Assembly: GCA_964016885.1 (NCBI GenBank)
Contig: OZ024743.1
Coordinates: 114,762,001 to 114,826,000 of the forward strand
Direction: 5' to 3'
DNA: 64,000 nucleotides
From: Eledone cirrhosa
Lineage: Eukaryota
The position numbers and the translations under genes are program-made. Under the pieces are notes generated by a model. The model searched no databases. It was not told the origin of the DNA and was given only the letters and a program-made list of their open reading frames with translations. Numbering within the stretch: position 1 is the stretch's first letter; every line of letters begins with the position of its first letter. Below are positions 1 to 13,355 of this stretch, piece by piece.

Positions 1-43
1 TGTGGTATCTTCGCAGTGGAGTGGTGGGGGCAGGTATAACTAG

Positions 44-71
44 CCGAGCGCCAGCCGGACGGGTCATCTAG
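44..71 (+). mobile_element. Helitron 3' terminus (element starts upstream of the window)
   Basis: GC-rich imperfect hairpin ccgagcgccagccggacggg, then CTAG (68-71), then T. This matches the canonical Helitron 3' end. Confidence 0.5.
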
Positions 72-654
72 TATATATATATATATATATGTGTGTGTGT
101 ATGTATATATATATATTATGTCGGGTCACTCTTGAATGCTACTGGTAACATGTAAACCGCATGGTTGGGTCGTCGGTGATTAAACCGGCAACCCCACCAT
201 GTTTACTTGGTGAGAAGAGTGATTTTGGACACCCTGCAGGATAAAGAACAAAACCTGACAAAGGGCGGAAGAACTCATGAGTCAACGGCCATCCAAAACG
301 GTATAAATATACATATGCCTGTGCGTGAAGATTTTTTTAAAAATGAGGAACGACTGTGCATTCGCTTAGCGACAGTAGCTATAACCGGAAAAGAAGAAAA
401 TATCAACATCATCGGTAACTACTGAGCCGCAGGTTTTATGTCGGAGTTATCCCAGTTTCCTGAGTTGTCTTCTCCTAGAAGAATGTCCCGAGAAAGGCTA
501 GGGGTCCTTCACTCCGAGTGGTTTAACCGTGTGATCAGGTATCCAGGCCGACTATTTCTATATCCCCGCGCATATATATACATATGTATACATGTATATA
601 CATATTTATACATTTTTGGATGGCCGTTGACTCTTATGAGTTCTTCCGCCTTTA

Positions 655-775
655 CATACATACATACATACATGTATGTATGTATGTATGTATGTATGTA
701 TGTATGTATGTATGTATGTATGTATGTATGTATGTATGTATGTATGTATGTATGTATGTATGTATGTATGTGTGT
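655..775. repeat. (CATA)n/(TATG)n microsatellite
   Basis: Direct reading. A second (TATG)n tract lies at 1080-1146. Confidence 0.95.
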
Positions 776-1305
776 ATGTCACTCGTTCAGCGCATCGGTA
801 GGGGTTCTCCTACATGGATATAAAGTAGTGGCCGTACTCGAAAACGAGTTGGCAGCCACCATGTATGTATGTATGTATGTTCTTTTGGTTTTATAACTTC
901 ACAAATTTTTTCCCAATAGAGGGAGAGAGTCGGTTTCTAACATAGACACAAGACTCTCATTGGAATTTACACAACATCAACTAGGTAGATATGTATGTAT
1001 GCATGCATGTATAGATATGGATGTTATTGTATGTGTGGTTGTGTATGTTTTGAGTTGTATGTGTGCATGTATGTATCTATGTATGTATGTATGTATGTAT
1101 GTATGTATGTATGTATGTATGTATGTATGTATGTATGTATGTATGTACACACATGCATATACATACAGATATGTAGATAGAGATTTCTGGGTGGTTGGAT
1201 CATACGCACATACATATATTAATGTTACCAGTTTCATCGCTTAAATGCTTAGATTAGATTTCCTTTACTTCTAATATTTATTCCAACATAACCGTCATAG
1301 TAGCT

Positions 1306-1384
1306 TGTGTGTGAGTGTGTGTGTGTGTGAGTGTCTGTGTGTGTGTGAGAGTGTGTGTGTGAGTGTCTGTGTGTGTGTGTGAGA

Positions 1385-1473
<89 letters not shown>

Positions 1474-1500
1474 TGTCTGTGAGTGTGTGTGTGAGCGTGT
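1306..1500. repeat. (GT)n microsatellite, compound
   Basis: Direct reading. Confidence 0.95.
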
Positions 1501-1697
1501 CTGTGAGTATGTCATTCATGCCTTTGATGATATTTATGATAACGTTTTCATCTCACACTAATGTTTACATAATTCTCTCAATCTAATGATAGAAACACAT
1601 AATGTAAGCGTAACGTAGGAGAACTACACCATCAAATTTTATAGCTTGTCATCTGGTAGCATGAAATAATGCTTACTCTCGTTGTTTTCCTGTGTAG

Positions 1698-2035
1698 ACG
1701 ACGAATTTTCAGAATCGTTAGAACCGCGGTCTAATGCCATTCAATATTTGCTGCGGCTGTTAGCGCTCTGTGAATTCAAATAGTGTCGAGGTCAACTTTG
1801 CCTTTCATCTAGTCAAGGTTGATAAGAATACCAGTGCCGTACTGGTGTCCATTCTTCACCTAATCGTTTTTCTTACATGCTACTTCTCACTCTCTTATAA
1901 CCTCTCTGAGAGAAATAGGGTGCGTTCATTCCTAATGAGAAGATGGGCGCCGACATATTTAAAATTACCAAGACACGATGTATGTCACTACGGTGCCCTT
2001 ACGCCTCCCCCATGTGTTACGGGTCCATACACATT
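1698..2035 (+). mobile_element. SINE with Meta-domain-like core plus extended 3' tail
   Basis: B-box-like gaattcaaat, then gaggtcaactttgcctttcatc...gataagaataccagt, a core shared with many other copies in the window. The tail motif tgtatgtcactacgg is shared with 62415-62500 (-). Confidence 0.65.
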
Positions 2036-2044
2036 TATTTGTAC

Positions 2045-2075
<31 letters not shown>

Positions 2076-2082
<7 letters not shown>

Positions 2083-2510
2083 ATACTTTGGGTGGGTCAT
2101 GTTGCCAATAAGAAACACAAACTCCAGTTTCTTTCACTTCAATTTATTATAAATTAAAATATTTATAAATTTCCGATTGGTTGGTTGGTTGGTTCCACAA
2201 CCGGACGGTTGTTCATATATTGTCAAAGTTCTTTCGTCACACATTCTGTGACCTCTTCAGTGACGTGTTTTTTTCTGAATGTGTGACGAAAGAACTTTGA
2301 CAATATATGAACAACCGTCCGGTTGTGGAACCAACCAACCGGAAATTTATAAATTTTTTAACTTATAAGTTAATTTATAATAAATTGGAGTGAAAGAAGC
2401 TGGTGCGTGTGTTTCTTATTGGCAACATGACCCTCCCAAAGTATAACCATATCGGTTTCAACACACGTTTTCAGATAAAGAATCTTGCTAAACAAATTCA
2501 GAAACGAAAT
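2076..2510. mobile_element. Foldback PLE-terminus-like element, family A
   Basis: Inverted arms ~2076-2248 and ~2277-2450, a one-sided ~60 nt tail to 2510, and (TA)n on both sides. Same family at 34141-34781 and 37056-37300. Confidence 0.75.
2222..2264 (-). ncRNA. Minimal type-I hammerhead ribozyme motif (family A)
   Basis: Minus strand reads gtca-CTGAAGA-g-gtcac(agaatgt)gtgac-GAAA-gaac-TT-tgac. Stems I and II pair; stem III is vestigial. Confidence 0.65.
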
Positions 2511-2762
2511 ATATATATATATATATACATGACCCTCCCAAAGAATAACAATATATATATATATTGTTATACTTGGGGAAGGTCATATTTGTGTAGTAAT
2601 ATTGCCAGAATTAATAACAGAACACACTCACTGTTTGGTTGGTTTTCACTTGTGTCTTTTATATCGGTTAATTTAATTTATTCGGCCCTCAATATTTACC
2701 ATTGACTGACCAACGGTCAAAAATACAGATATAATATAGACACAAACACATATATATAGTCT

Positions 2763-2805
2763 AACAAAGTTCTTTCGTTGCACATCAGCAACATCGTCAG
2801 TGATG
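2763..2805 (-). ncRNA. Hammerhead-like motif, diverged family A relative
   Basis: CTGACGA-t-gttgc(tgatgt)gcaac-GAAA-gaac-TT. Stem II differs from 2222-2264 yet still pairs; stem I is weak. Confidence 0.5.
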
Positions 2806-3372
2806 CTATTATGTTTCCTACTGTTGTATTGTATGCCTACGCCATCTTTATTTAGTCTATTTATTTATTTATTTTTTTGTCTTTTCAGCGCATGCGTTTG
2901 CGCGTGTATACTGTTTGATGTGTGTTCGTGTTTGGGTGACTGTGTATTGGTTATTGTATTCTATCTTAGTTTACTAGTGTGTTTTTATATGTGTTTGTTG
3001 TTATTGTACTTGTGTATGTATTTATTTATTTATTTATACTTCTCTTAGGTCAGTATTGTTTGTTTGCGTGTTGTTGTTATTCCATTCATTTTTTCTCTTT
3101 AGCCTTAGCCTCTCTGATTTGCCTATCTGCTGGGTCATTTCTATGTTTAGATATTATTCTAATTTCTATGTTGTCTATGTTACCGTGGTGTTGTTGTCTG
3201 GCATGTTCGTATATATATATATATGTATATAATGTATATATAATAATAATGTGATGATAATAACATTAAGAAAGATGTTACATATATCGTTTATTCATTA
3301 TAAATATTTGAACGTCCTTCTGCTCGTGCGCCCGGCAGACATATAAGTTCCGAAAAGGGTCTCCCAGCCGTC

Positions 3373-3423
<51 letters not shown>

Positions 3424-4045
3424 TGTGTGTGTGTCTTTGTATATGTGTGTGTAAATGTCTCTACACACTCACACATACATACACACGTACACACACACAC
3501 TCACACATATATATATATATATGTGTGAGTGTGTGTGATATGTAGGTGTGTGTATGTGTGTACATAATTATGTTGGAAATTTTGACAAATAGCTTGGTCT
3601 CTGCTTTGAAAGTACGCTTATTTTCGTTGTTTTCCGTAGATTTTCGTAGTTTTTCATAGATTTTCACAGTTTTTCTTACGTTTTCGTTTACATGCACATA
3701 GTTATTTTTGTATTTCCTTCCTCCAATGATAGACACTTTTAAATGCTGAAGAACTTCACACACACATACACCCCCACACCCCACACCCACCCACACCTAT
3801 ATATATATATAGAGAGAGAGATATATATAGTTTTTCAAACTTCTTAATAGCTAGCGAGTAACTGAACCATCATTTGGTTGAAACGGAACAGTATTAACAG
3901 CAACATAAACAACAATAACAACCAAATGAATACAAGTAAAACTTACAGTTTTTATTGTCAGAGGAAAATTCTAGTTAATGGAAAGTAAACAAATATAAAG
4001 AGGTAATAAAGAGGAAATTGAAAAAGAAGAGGGTATGAATACAAC

Positions 4046-4156
4046 GAAGAAGAAGAAGAAGAAGAAGAAGAAGAAGAAGAAGAAGAAGAAGAAGAAGAAG
4101 AAGAAGAAGAAGAAGAAGAAGAAGAAGAAGAAGAAGAAGAAGAAGAAGAAGAAGAA
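4046..4156. repeat. (GAA)n microsatellite
   Basis: Direct reading. Confidence 0.95.
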
Positions 4157-4257
4157 TGAATAAATCTTATAAGAAGAATGAAGAAAATGGCAGAGATTTA
4201 TCAAGCTAGAAATTTAAATACTTTTAAAAGGGCAGTTGTACGGAATCATACATTAGA

Positions 4258-4310
<53 letters not shown>

Positions 4311-4314
<4 letters not shown>

Positions 4315-4903
4315 AAAAAATGGGGAGAAGAATACTGCTGGTTGCACATGGATAACATGTAATAAAATAAGTCCCTCATCAGTGATTTGCCGACGATCAT
4401 AGATATTTCGTTGCATTAAAAATCATATACCTCACGTCGGTGCAATAATAACTAAATTAAGTTATTAGGACAATTAGAACGCGTAAAGCGAGTGAGACAA
4501 GATAACAACAAAGAGGATAGCTAACCGTAGAAGGAAGGGAACAAGCTTCATAGTTATTCTGTTAGCATAAGCTAGGTGAATATATGAGCGCTTAGAAAAA
4601 AGACCTTTCAGGAGCGAATTCAAATGTGAGAAAGAGAGAAAATGATTTCGTCGCGAACGGGGTGAAGTGAGAAGAGGAGAAACAGTGAGTGAGTGAGTGG
4701 AAGTGTGAGGAAGAGTTAACTGACATGACAGAGGGGGCGAAATAAAGTAGGAGAAAGAGAGAGAGCGAGGGAGCAGTAAGAGAGAGAGAGAGAGAGAGAA
4801 AAATAGAATCGCAGTTTAGGTAAATATGTGTGAAAAAATGGGGAGAAGAATACTGCTGGTTGCACATGGATAACATGTAATACAATAAGTCCCTCATCAG
4901 TGA
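4311..4903. repeat. ~590 bp unit with ~75 bp direct terminal repeats between (TA)n tracts
   Basis: tgtgaaaaaatggggagaag...ccctcatcagtgat occurs at ~4311-4386 and ~4830-4904. Confidence 0.7.
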
Positions 4904-5308
4904 TATATATATATATAAGGCATATACACACAGATATTTATATATACACTTACGGTAAAATTGTTGACTAATCAAGCATATCAATCAGTGAACGATGATG
5001 CAATTATAATTAAGCATTCGATGTTTTAGGTTTTCGTTAAATAAAATATTATTTCTGCGTCCGTGTCTGAGTATATGTACAATAAGTATATCTGCGAAGG
5101 TCCAACGGAGATATATACTCTCGTTATTTGCTCTCTCTCTGTTTGGTTGAGCAGACTTCTTTGAGTGGTTTTTGGGCTGCCCTTTCTAGCAGCTCGTCCT
5201 TCAGATACCACTGGTTCACTGCCCTAAACATGCTGTGACATCTCTCTGCCTCGTGTAGTTGGACGGTTGCTTTAGATTCTCTTAGAGTTGTCTGGAATGT
5301 ATATTCTT

Positions 5309-5391
5309 ACACGCGCTGATGAACCATAGGCTATTCCATTTCACTCAACAACTTCCTGGCGAAACAGATCTCTTTGGATTTGTACGCGTGT
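5309..5391 (+). ncRNA. Type-I hammerhead ribozyme
   Basis: acacgcg-CTGATGA-stem II-GAAA-cagatc(tctttg)gatttg-TA-cgcgtgt. Stem I is 7 bp, stem III is 6-7 bp, and the cleavage triplet is GUA. Confidence 0.8.
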
Positions 5392-5555
5392 GTTATATAG
5401 TTATAGAGGTGCGTATATACATTTTAATTTATATTTTTAATTATTGTGTGTCTACCGTGCCTTCCATAGATTATAGATTCCATACACTGGTGGTTTTCCC
5501 TGTTTTATTGATGACACGCTATCTCTCTCTAGTGTGTTACCTTTTCAACATATTG

Positions 5556-5602
<47 letters not shown>

Positions 5603-7059
5603 ATTATTCCAAGGAAAGAAGTTGGTTGATCAAGTTATCGATCGACTATTGTGTAATCTGAAGGTATCATCTATAAGGTATCGATGGAGTGTGAATATTA
5701 TAAAAAAGAAGAGACAGTTTTACGTATACATTATCTGTTTATTATTTAATCCTGTTATGAACATTTCGAAGACATTAAAGTTGTTTCGTAATACTGGATT
5801 GGTGTGTTGTCACCAGAGAGGTATTAAGGTTTAATATTATGTGTCTGCTTTTCCTTTTGATATGCTCGCCACAGTATGGAACATGGTGTTATTAGTCCGG
5901 CTATAAGACGTGTGTGTTATAAATACATGCTTATATTATGTGTATGCAGTTTTACTAATCTTCCTGTTAAAATAACAATGCAAAGGTAAATGTATGAAAT
6001 TATAAAATAAAAGCTCATAAATAAGAAAATAAATAATATCAGCCCATGGGCAATATTTATCAGATATCACACTGAACGTTTGATCATAGATTAATAAAAA
6101 AAAATTGCTAACACAAAGAAGGATATAAAGCAACCCCCACACACAAGCACCCCTCCCAAACTCAATTACCCACAGAAACGTATACACACAGAAGCACACA
6201 TTTAAGCACACAAACACGCATACACATACTAAAACAAAAAAAAACCAAAAAAAGCAAGCATCCACGCGAACACATACACACTTAAACATTCACATACACA
6301 TAACAGATTCAATAACAATCATACACAAACACAAAGAAAAACAGCGTCACAAACACAATCGTGCATAGATAGACAGAAAATAGTATGGAGTAAATACTTC
6401 GATGCAAACTGTCAAAGTCGTACCTCAAAATTAAAAAAATAAATCTAAACCTCATCGAAAGAAGAGTAAACAAGGAAACCATATCACGGAGGTCAATGTA
6501 TTGGACGCCATTTTCGTAATATAGTGGGGGTTTTAGGGGTGGGGTTGTGTGTGTGTGTGTATATTTGTAGTCTTTGTTGTTCGTTCAACAACGTCGTTTT
6601 ATTCAACAAGTGATTCAAAAACATTAGTTTAACAAGGAAGGACACGTTAGATAATATGGTCCTTAATGAACACAACCACAAGGATATGGTCCGAACGTGG
6701 AAGAGCCGAACTCCCACTGTCATCGTCTCCATCACTCTCGCCCTCCCCATTTCTCTGTATGGTGAAAAAATGAAGTCCCACGTGCTGGCCTCCCCACAGC
6801 CCCGGTGGACAGAATGGAGAAGGCGTTTCCCTGGAGGATGGTATACATCTCTTTTTTCTTAAATGATCATACACTCCACCCCGGGGGCAAAATCACTAAA
6901 AACGGAACAAAAAAATAAATTAATAATAAATAAATAAACGGGACAAAAAAATATAAAGAAACAAACAATATAAGAACTAAAAACAATTACATTAATATTA
7001 CCTGGCTAGTTCAGCCATTTTGCGTTTTCTACTGAATCGAACAAAAAGTTCTTCGGCTG

Positions 7060-7330
7060 AGTTTACACTTGCAAAGATTTAGCACACTTTCTCCGATCGT
7101 CCCGGTCGAGCATGACATTTTCAGTTCATCATGTTATCAATGTTGGCATCTCTCATCAGGGTATCAATGAATGAGACGGCATTTCTTCCCACGCGCTTCG
7201 TCCGACCATCGCTTTCCAGAGCACAAGTTGTGATGCTATCTCTTCTGGATGACGGATGCAGTGCCCAGCCAGTTTCATTCGTCTGCAGGCAACCTTTTTT
7301 GAAACTAGTGGTAGTGATCTGTATAGATCT
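7060..7330 (-). mobile_element. RTE-clade LINE 3' fragment
   Basis: Translation PLVSKKVACRRMKLAGHCIRHPEEIASQLVLW resembles the RTE C-terminus at 56527-56844 ([32 protein letters not shown]). Confidence 0.7.
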
Positions 7331-7719
7331 GTATAGATCAAATAAGGAACTATACGGATCGGCAAAAAGGAGTTTATATTAAGAAAACAAAACAAAAAAA
7401 AAATAATTTACCAGTGAAAGTAGAAACAAAATCTTAAAGATATTAGGAATTTTAACGTGAATGTAAATTATATTTACTGCTCTCTGTTGAAATAACGGCT
7501 TTTCCTTCTGTATTTCTTTATACTATTAATCCACTACTGCTTTCAATAATTTTAATCTATGACCATCGTTCTATAGTTACAAATAGATGAATTACGTCGC
7601 TGTAGGTACGATAACACTCTGTTGTGATTTCATGATATTTTTTATAGATTTACAGCAGGACACACACACATATATATATATATATATACATACATATACA
7701 TACACGCATATATATATAT

Positions 7720-7762
<43 letters not shown>

Positions 7763-7983
7763 GATATTAAACAAATGGAAACTATATTTATATTTATAAA
7801 ACCATATTTATTTCGTTATATATATTTCTGGGATATCATATTAAAAATATGTTATGCCTTCCTCAGACAAAATACAATACATAAGCTGTTTTATAAATAA
7901 TTAGTGACATACCTTGTGATAATGCAACTTCCTTTTAAAAAGTTGATTTGGTAGTGAAACTGTTATGATATATATATATATAT

Positions 7984-8570
7984 ATTTATTAAAATAACAG
8001 ATTAAAGTTTAAGCAAAGAATCGCTGCTTTCACCCTTAACGGGATCTTCTGAAGCTAACAAAGTCAATCTGTAAACGCAGAATTTTAGTCTACGACTTCT
8101 GCTATACCATTTACGTGGTTTTGTCTTTGCGTGCTATTGTTCTCCACGCTCCACATATGACTTATTATCTTCGTTTTTTCGTTCATTGCCAGAGAACGTC
8201 TCTATGCACCACCTAAGAGAACATTAGTCTACGACCTCTTTTATACCATAAACGTGGTTCTGTCTTTGCGCGTAATGTCTTTCACCGCTCCCATTAATGA
8301 CGTATTATTCGTTTTTTCCCGTTCTTTGCCAGCGAACGTTACCACGAACCAAAGTATCGTCTTCCTGTCTTCCTCCGGTTGCAACGTTTTTTGAAATATC
8401 CAGTTCTGCGTTTACAGATTGACTTTGTTAGTTTCAGAAGTTCCCGTTAAGGGTGAAAGCAGCGATTCTTTGCTTAAACTTTAATCTGTTATTTTAATAA
8501 ATATTTGATATATATTTTCCTTATCTAGCACTCTTTGGATTTTAGTCTTCAATTTTATTATTATTACTAA
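7984..8570. mobile_element. Foldback element with internal ~140 bp tandem duplication
   Basis: Inverted arms ~7984-8082 and ~8404-8503, a one-sided tail to ~8570, internal repeats starting ~8085 and ~8224, and (TA)n flanks. Confidence 0.7.
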
Positions 8571-8671
8571 ATATATATATATATATATAGTTTAGCGAGG
8601 TTTTTTTTATAATTCTGGCAATATTACGCAAATATGACCCACCCCAAGTATAACAATATATATATATATAT

Positions 8672-9165
8672 ATTGGTAAAAGGAAAAGAAAATGCTGACA
8701 AATTGTTCCCAGTGAAAAATAGTTTAATTAGGAATAAGTAAAAATTAGTAATAGTATTGGTTAGTATTCAGTTTTGGTTTTAAGTTTTACCGGTTGCGCA
8801 TTTCTAATGCTTTTCAAAAATAATTTTGAGATAGAGCGCCCGTGATGTTTGCTCTAATCTGATTAGTTTTGGAAATTCTACTTGTTTTATGTAAAAAAAA
8901 GTGGCTCCAGATGTATGAAAAAATTCTTGTGGTCAAAACAATTTTGATTGGTCGGTAGAGGTCATGTGAATGTTAATAATTGATTTTGCGCCAAATGTAG
9001 GTTTGACTCGGGTAATTGAGAAGTCACAGAAAAATAAGTCTTTCAAGACAAATATGTGTGTGTGTGTGTGTAGTAGTAGTAGTAAAGAGGTTCGTTGTTG
9101 TGATAATGGTCAGCAGGGATGTGTGTGCGAACCGCACCCTGTTAATAGTTCAAATGCCTATTAAG
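8672..9165 (-). mobile_element. PLE-terminus-like fragment, family D
   Basis: 8672-8905 is highly similar to the arms of the 21072-21615 foldback. Confidence 0.6.
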
Positions 9166-9169
9166 ACAA

Positions 9170-9281
<112 letters not shown>

Positions 9282-9403
9282 TGCGTGTGTGTAGCAGAGT
9301 AATTCGTCGTAGAGGGATGGTCAGTAGGAATGTGTCTGTACGTGTGTGGGGGATATTTTGACATGTTAAAAGATATTTTTCAGCTCTTGTCTTATACGGA
9401 GAA

Positions 9404-9437
<34 letters not shown>

Positions 9438-9482
9438 CTCTTTGTATGTTAATGTACGCGTGTGTATGTGTGTTTGTATATA

Positions 9483-9515
<33 letters not shown>

Positions 9516-9994
9516 ATGTGTGTGTCTGAGAATGTGTGTGTGTGTGTGTGTGTGGGTGGACCAGTATTTTTGTGATACTGGTAAAAATGGTGTACATTAT
9601 TCGATATTTTCACTAAAAACGATTCTCTCAATAGAACATCAAAAACCTTAATAATAAAAGTTGTGAAATGATATATAGTATTGGCATAATACCAAGGTGT
9701 GTGTGATTGTCCAGATTGTACTTACTGCAAGGGGCTTCCATTAGGCCTTGCCGTATTGGAATACTTGTGTACAAATATGTATGTGCCCATCAGTGTGCAA
9801 TGCATGTGTGCGTATATGTATGTGTGTGTGTCGGCACGTTTATATCTATAGATATCAAAAGGTATGCAAATTTGTGTATATTTGTGTTTCACCATAGAAC
9901 ATGTGTGTTTACGTATGTCATTGTGTTTATATGTGGATAGAGATGTATTCTGATGTAGGTATGTATGTTGACGTGTGTATGTTGTGGGTTCGTA

Positions 9995-11300
9995 TTAGGG
10001 AGAAGTGTTTAGACGGGGTCCGTATTTGTTAATAAAGTGAGATTCCTTGCTCATGCGCTGGGTGTGCGTGGCATTATCTTTAAATTTGTAGAGGGGAAAG
10101 ATTCTGAACTTGGGATGATTTTGGGCGGCACAGGTATCAATGTATTCATTTTCCTGTATTTTAATTAGGGATCTATGGACAGTCATGCGTTGGCGGAGGC
10201 TGTATTTGGTCTGGCCTATGTATTGTTCTCGACAACCTGAGCAAGTTAATACATATATTAGATTTTCTGATGCCATGTGAAATTGTGTTTTACTATAAAA
10301 CGTTGTCCTTCTTTGAAATAGAATTCCGAACCCTCTATTAGGTTGATGCATATGCCACAGTTGGGTCTATCGCATTTTTTTTACTGTGGGTTTCGTTGTT
10401 GTGTTTGGCAGTACTTTGGCATGTGTTAGGATGTTTTTCATTAACTTAGATTGTCTTTTGCTCTTTATGATATCGTGTGTTCGTAGGATTTGGTTTATTC
10501 TATGGTCCTTTTTCAACACAGGGATGTTCTGGAGGATGGTGTCAAAGGCCTCATTGTTGAGGGGGTTGTGTGTGGAGATGTATGGAAGAGCTTTTAGTTT
10601 CGGTTGATTTACTTTAGGGTGTCTAAGGTCCTGGGTACTGTGTTTTATGGCACGTTGGATTCCATTGTTAATTAGTGATGCAGGGTAGTCCCTGCCTATG
10701 AGTGTGTCCTTTAGTTCTTGTAGCCGTAAGTAGCAGGTGTTTTTATTGGAGACTATAGTACAGATTCTCTTGGCTAAGTTGTAGGGAATATTAATTTGAA
10801 CGTGTCTATGGTGGCAAGAGTTGAAAGGAAGATATTGCTTGGAGTCTGTGGGCTTGTAGTATATGTCTGTTTCTATTTTTTTGTTATGGATCTTAATGAG
10901 GATGTCGAGGAAGGGGAGTTGTTGATGGCTGTATTTCATTGTGAAGTTAATATTCGTGTTGAGCTCATTTATAAGGGTGTGAAATTCTTTAAGTTTCTCG
11001 ATGTTTTCGTGCCAAACGATGAAGCAGTCATCTAGATATCGCTTCCAGTTCCTTTCTATGTGTAGGTGGAGAGTGTTTCCAAATGTGTTTAGTACTTTAG
11101 TGTAGCGGGTGATTTCCAGGTATCCCATGACTAGGTTGGCATAAGTGGGGGCTGTTTTCGTTCCCATAGCGGTCCCAGATTTCTGCCTGTAGGGTTTGTT
11201 ATTGAAAACGAAGTAATTGTTCTCCAAGATAAATTTGAGTCCCTCTCTCACGAATTCTTTTTTGATGCGTTGTGGGAGTTCATTGTGGTAATTATCCAGC
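9995..11300 (-). mobile_element. Penelope-like retroelement (Neptune-like), 5'-truncated and frameshifted RT plus GIY-YIG endonuclease
   Basis: RT motifs GTAMGTKTAPTYANL, WKRYLDDCF, LPFLDI and YKPTD. The out-of-frame linker CDRPNCGIC (Cx4CxxC) precedes the endonuclease NLIYVLTCSGCREQYIGQT..RMTVHRS. Confidence 0.9.
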
Positions 11301-11557
11301 GTGTGTATATATATACACATATATACACACGCATACACATATCATATATATTTCTTTGTCTATTTGTAGGTTAATGTTGCGACTCTAAATATTGTCTTGT
11401 TAAGTATTTCGACAAGACAAAACATTATCTAAGTTATTCCAGCTGTTAACATACTGTCATGTATTTTCATATGTGGTGTAACTAATATGTTCCACCATTT
11501 TTTTTTTAATAGACGATATGTTATTATATGTGAAATGAATGAGAGTCATTCATTTCA

Positions 11558-11715
11558 GAGCTAACGAATTGGCAGAGTCTGTAAAACGTCAGCTATAATG
11601 CTTTGCTCTATTCGTTGCAGCTTCTGCGCCCTGAGTTCAAATCCTACTGTGATCAACTTCACCTTTTCTCTTTTCGAAGTCAATAGAAATGTACCAGCTT
11701 ATAACTAGTGTCGAT
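11558..11715 (+). mobile_element. SINE copy (Meta-like core)
   Basis: ttggcagagtc...gagttcaaatcc...gatcaacttcaccttttctcttttcgaagtcaatagaaatgtaccag. Confidence 0.6.
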
Positions 11716-11971
11716 TCTTCCTCTGTATTTTCCTCTGACCATCTCCTGAACAAAATGAGTTAGGTTAGATACGGAGATAAGATTGGCCCTGCCAGGTTTT
11801 AAATGCCATATGTTATTACGGCCGGCGCAAGACTACATTAGGAGTTACAGGTAAATAGAAGAAATATTCAGAGATTATTATTTCGACCAAAGAACGTTCC
11901 GATCCTATAGTGAAAAATATTTCATCTGTGATCAAGCCATCTTTTACAATAGCTGTTTATATACGATAGCT

Positions 11972-12011
<40 letters not shown>

Positions 12012-12065
12012 AATCAAGAAAGAAGAGTGACATGGTTTGCTATACAGTAAGGGCTATATTCACAT

Positions 12066-12173
12066 TGCTGACAATTGTTTCTCTGAACTGGTAGGACTAG
12101 AGATCGCTACCCGCCTGTTTTTGCGTCAATCGATCACCAATACTTTGTTATAACCAGTCTATTCATCAGAGCA
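12066..12173 (-). ncRNA. Type-I hammerhead ribozyme with expanded stem II
   Basis: Minus strand reads tgct-CTGATGA-(~80 nt, actggt/accagt pairing)-GAAA-caattg-TC-agca. Stem III is the palindrome ACAATTGT. Confidence 0.65.
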
Positions 12174-13319
12174 TGCGAGAATGAAGGAAATACACAGGCA
12201 TGGCTTCTATATATAGTAATGGCATTAAATCAGAACAATAATAACAATACTCAAATAAATTAGCTAGATAGTAAATAGTTAAAACAATCACAACATCAAT
12301 CTAAGTAAGAAATAGAGTATACTGATGACTTTAGGATGTAAAACTAGCTGATATGAAACATGTATGAAATTGACATATGAAAACTCTCATGGGGTACATT
12401 ATATATAGTGTAGAGATAACCTGGGGCTTGAAACAATGGACCATTTACTTTACTGTAGGTTTGCTGACCGTAAGATTTATTTATTATCTGACAGATAAAA
12501 GATTTTCGTTGTAGCGAGGATGGTAATTTTTATGTGGTGTAAAGCGGATTCATTATTTAAGTGGTCTATATTAGATGAAGGGATTGTTAGTTCGATTCAT
12601 GGGGTTGTTTAGCTTTCACAGCATCAATAACAAATCATGCATGAATAAGACAACAATAACAACAATATAGGCATTAAGGAAATATAGAGGTTAAGAAAGC
12701 AAGGTATATATAGAGAGAACATGATGAATACTATTACGGATACATTGGGGTGTTCATTATAACAACAGGAGGAAGGTGATATTTCAAAGACTGTGGTAGT
12801 AGTCAAATTACGTACTTAGAATTAAGTTCATCTGTTGAAAGTCAAGAGTGAGGAGGTGGTGTTGACAGCAGCCGAGAAGAGATATATTTATGGGTTGATA
12901 AGATATTTTCAGACATTACTGTGGTATAGAATTAAGGAGGCTAGAAGCTGTTTAAAGAATATTATAGTTCTGTGGTGGTCTGTGTGAGAGTGCGGATTTC
13001 ATATGTTGAATGCTAAGTCATGTTGGTTCGAATCACGGTGGCTTAAATTTTGTGAATTTATTAGCGATCCTGTGTCTGCAGAAAATTGACTTTTCTATTT
13101 TGTTGTTGAGTAGCCTTTTATCGTTCCTAAGGATATACAGTAATTCAAGGTCGCAGAGCCTATAATAGGACATATCGGTACTATATGCCCTTGCGGCCGA
13201 CAACCTCGGAAACGTCTTGTTGAGTCAAACTTAGCCAAGCGTTAATACTATCCACTATTCGGAGTACTCTAGCTGGACTACATCTAAGTAGACTATCTAC
13301 AACAATAATTTGTTATCCC

Positions 13320-13351
<32 letters not shown>

Positions 13352-13355
<4 letters not shown>

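Noticed and set aside
5751-5822. Minus-strand CTGGTGA...GAAAtgttcaTA motif
   Set aside because: Core mismatch and poor stem II. Probably a decayed HHR, so not counted.
6656-6862. 68 aa ORF, possibly a LINE ORF1 start or host exon
   Set aside because: No recognisable motif or splice evidence.
8432-8470. Hammerhead-like CAGAAG..ccc/ggg..GAAA in the 7984-8570 foldback
   Set aside because: Core U4 is altered, there is no UH triplet and stem I does not pair. At best a decayed motif.
12790-13140. Possible GIY-YIG relic upstream of the 12066 hammerhead
   Set aside because: Too degraded to recover diagnostic residues.
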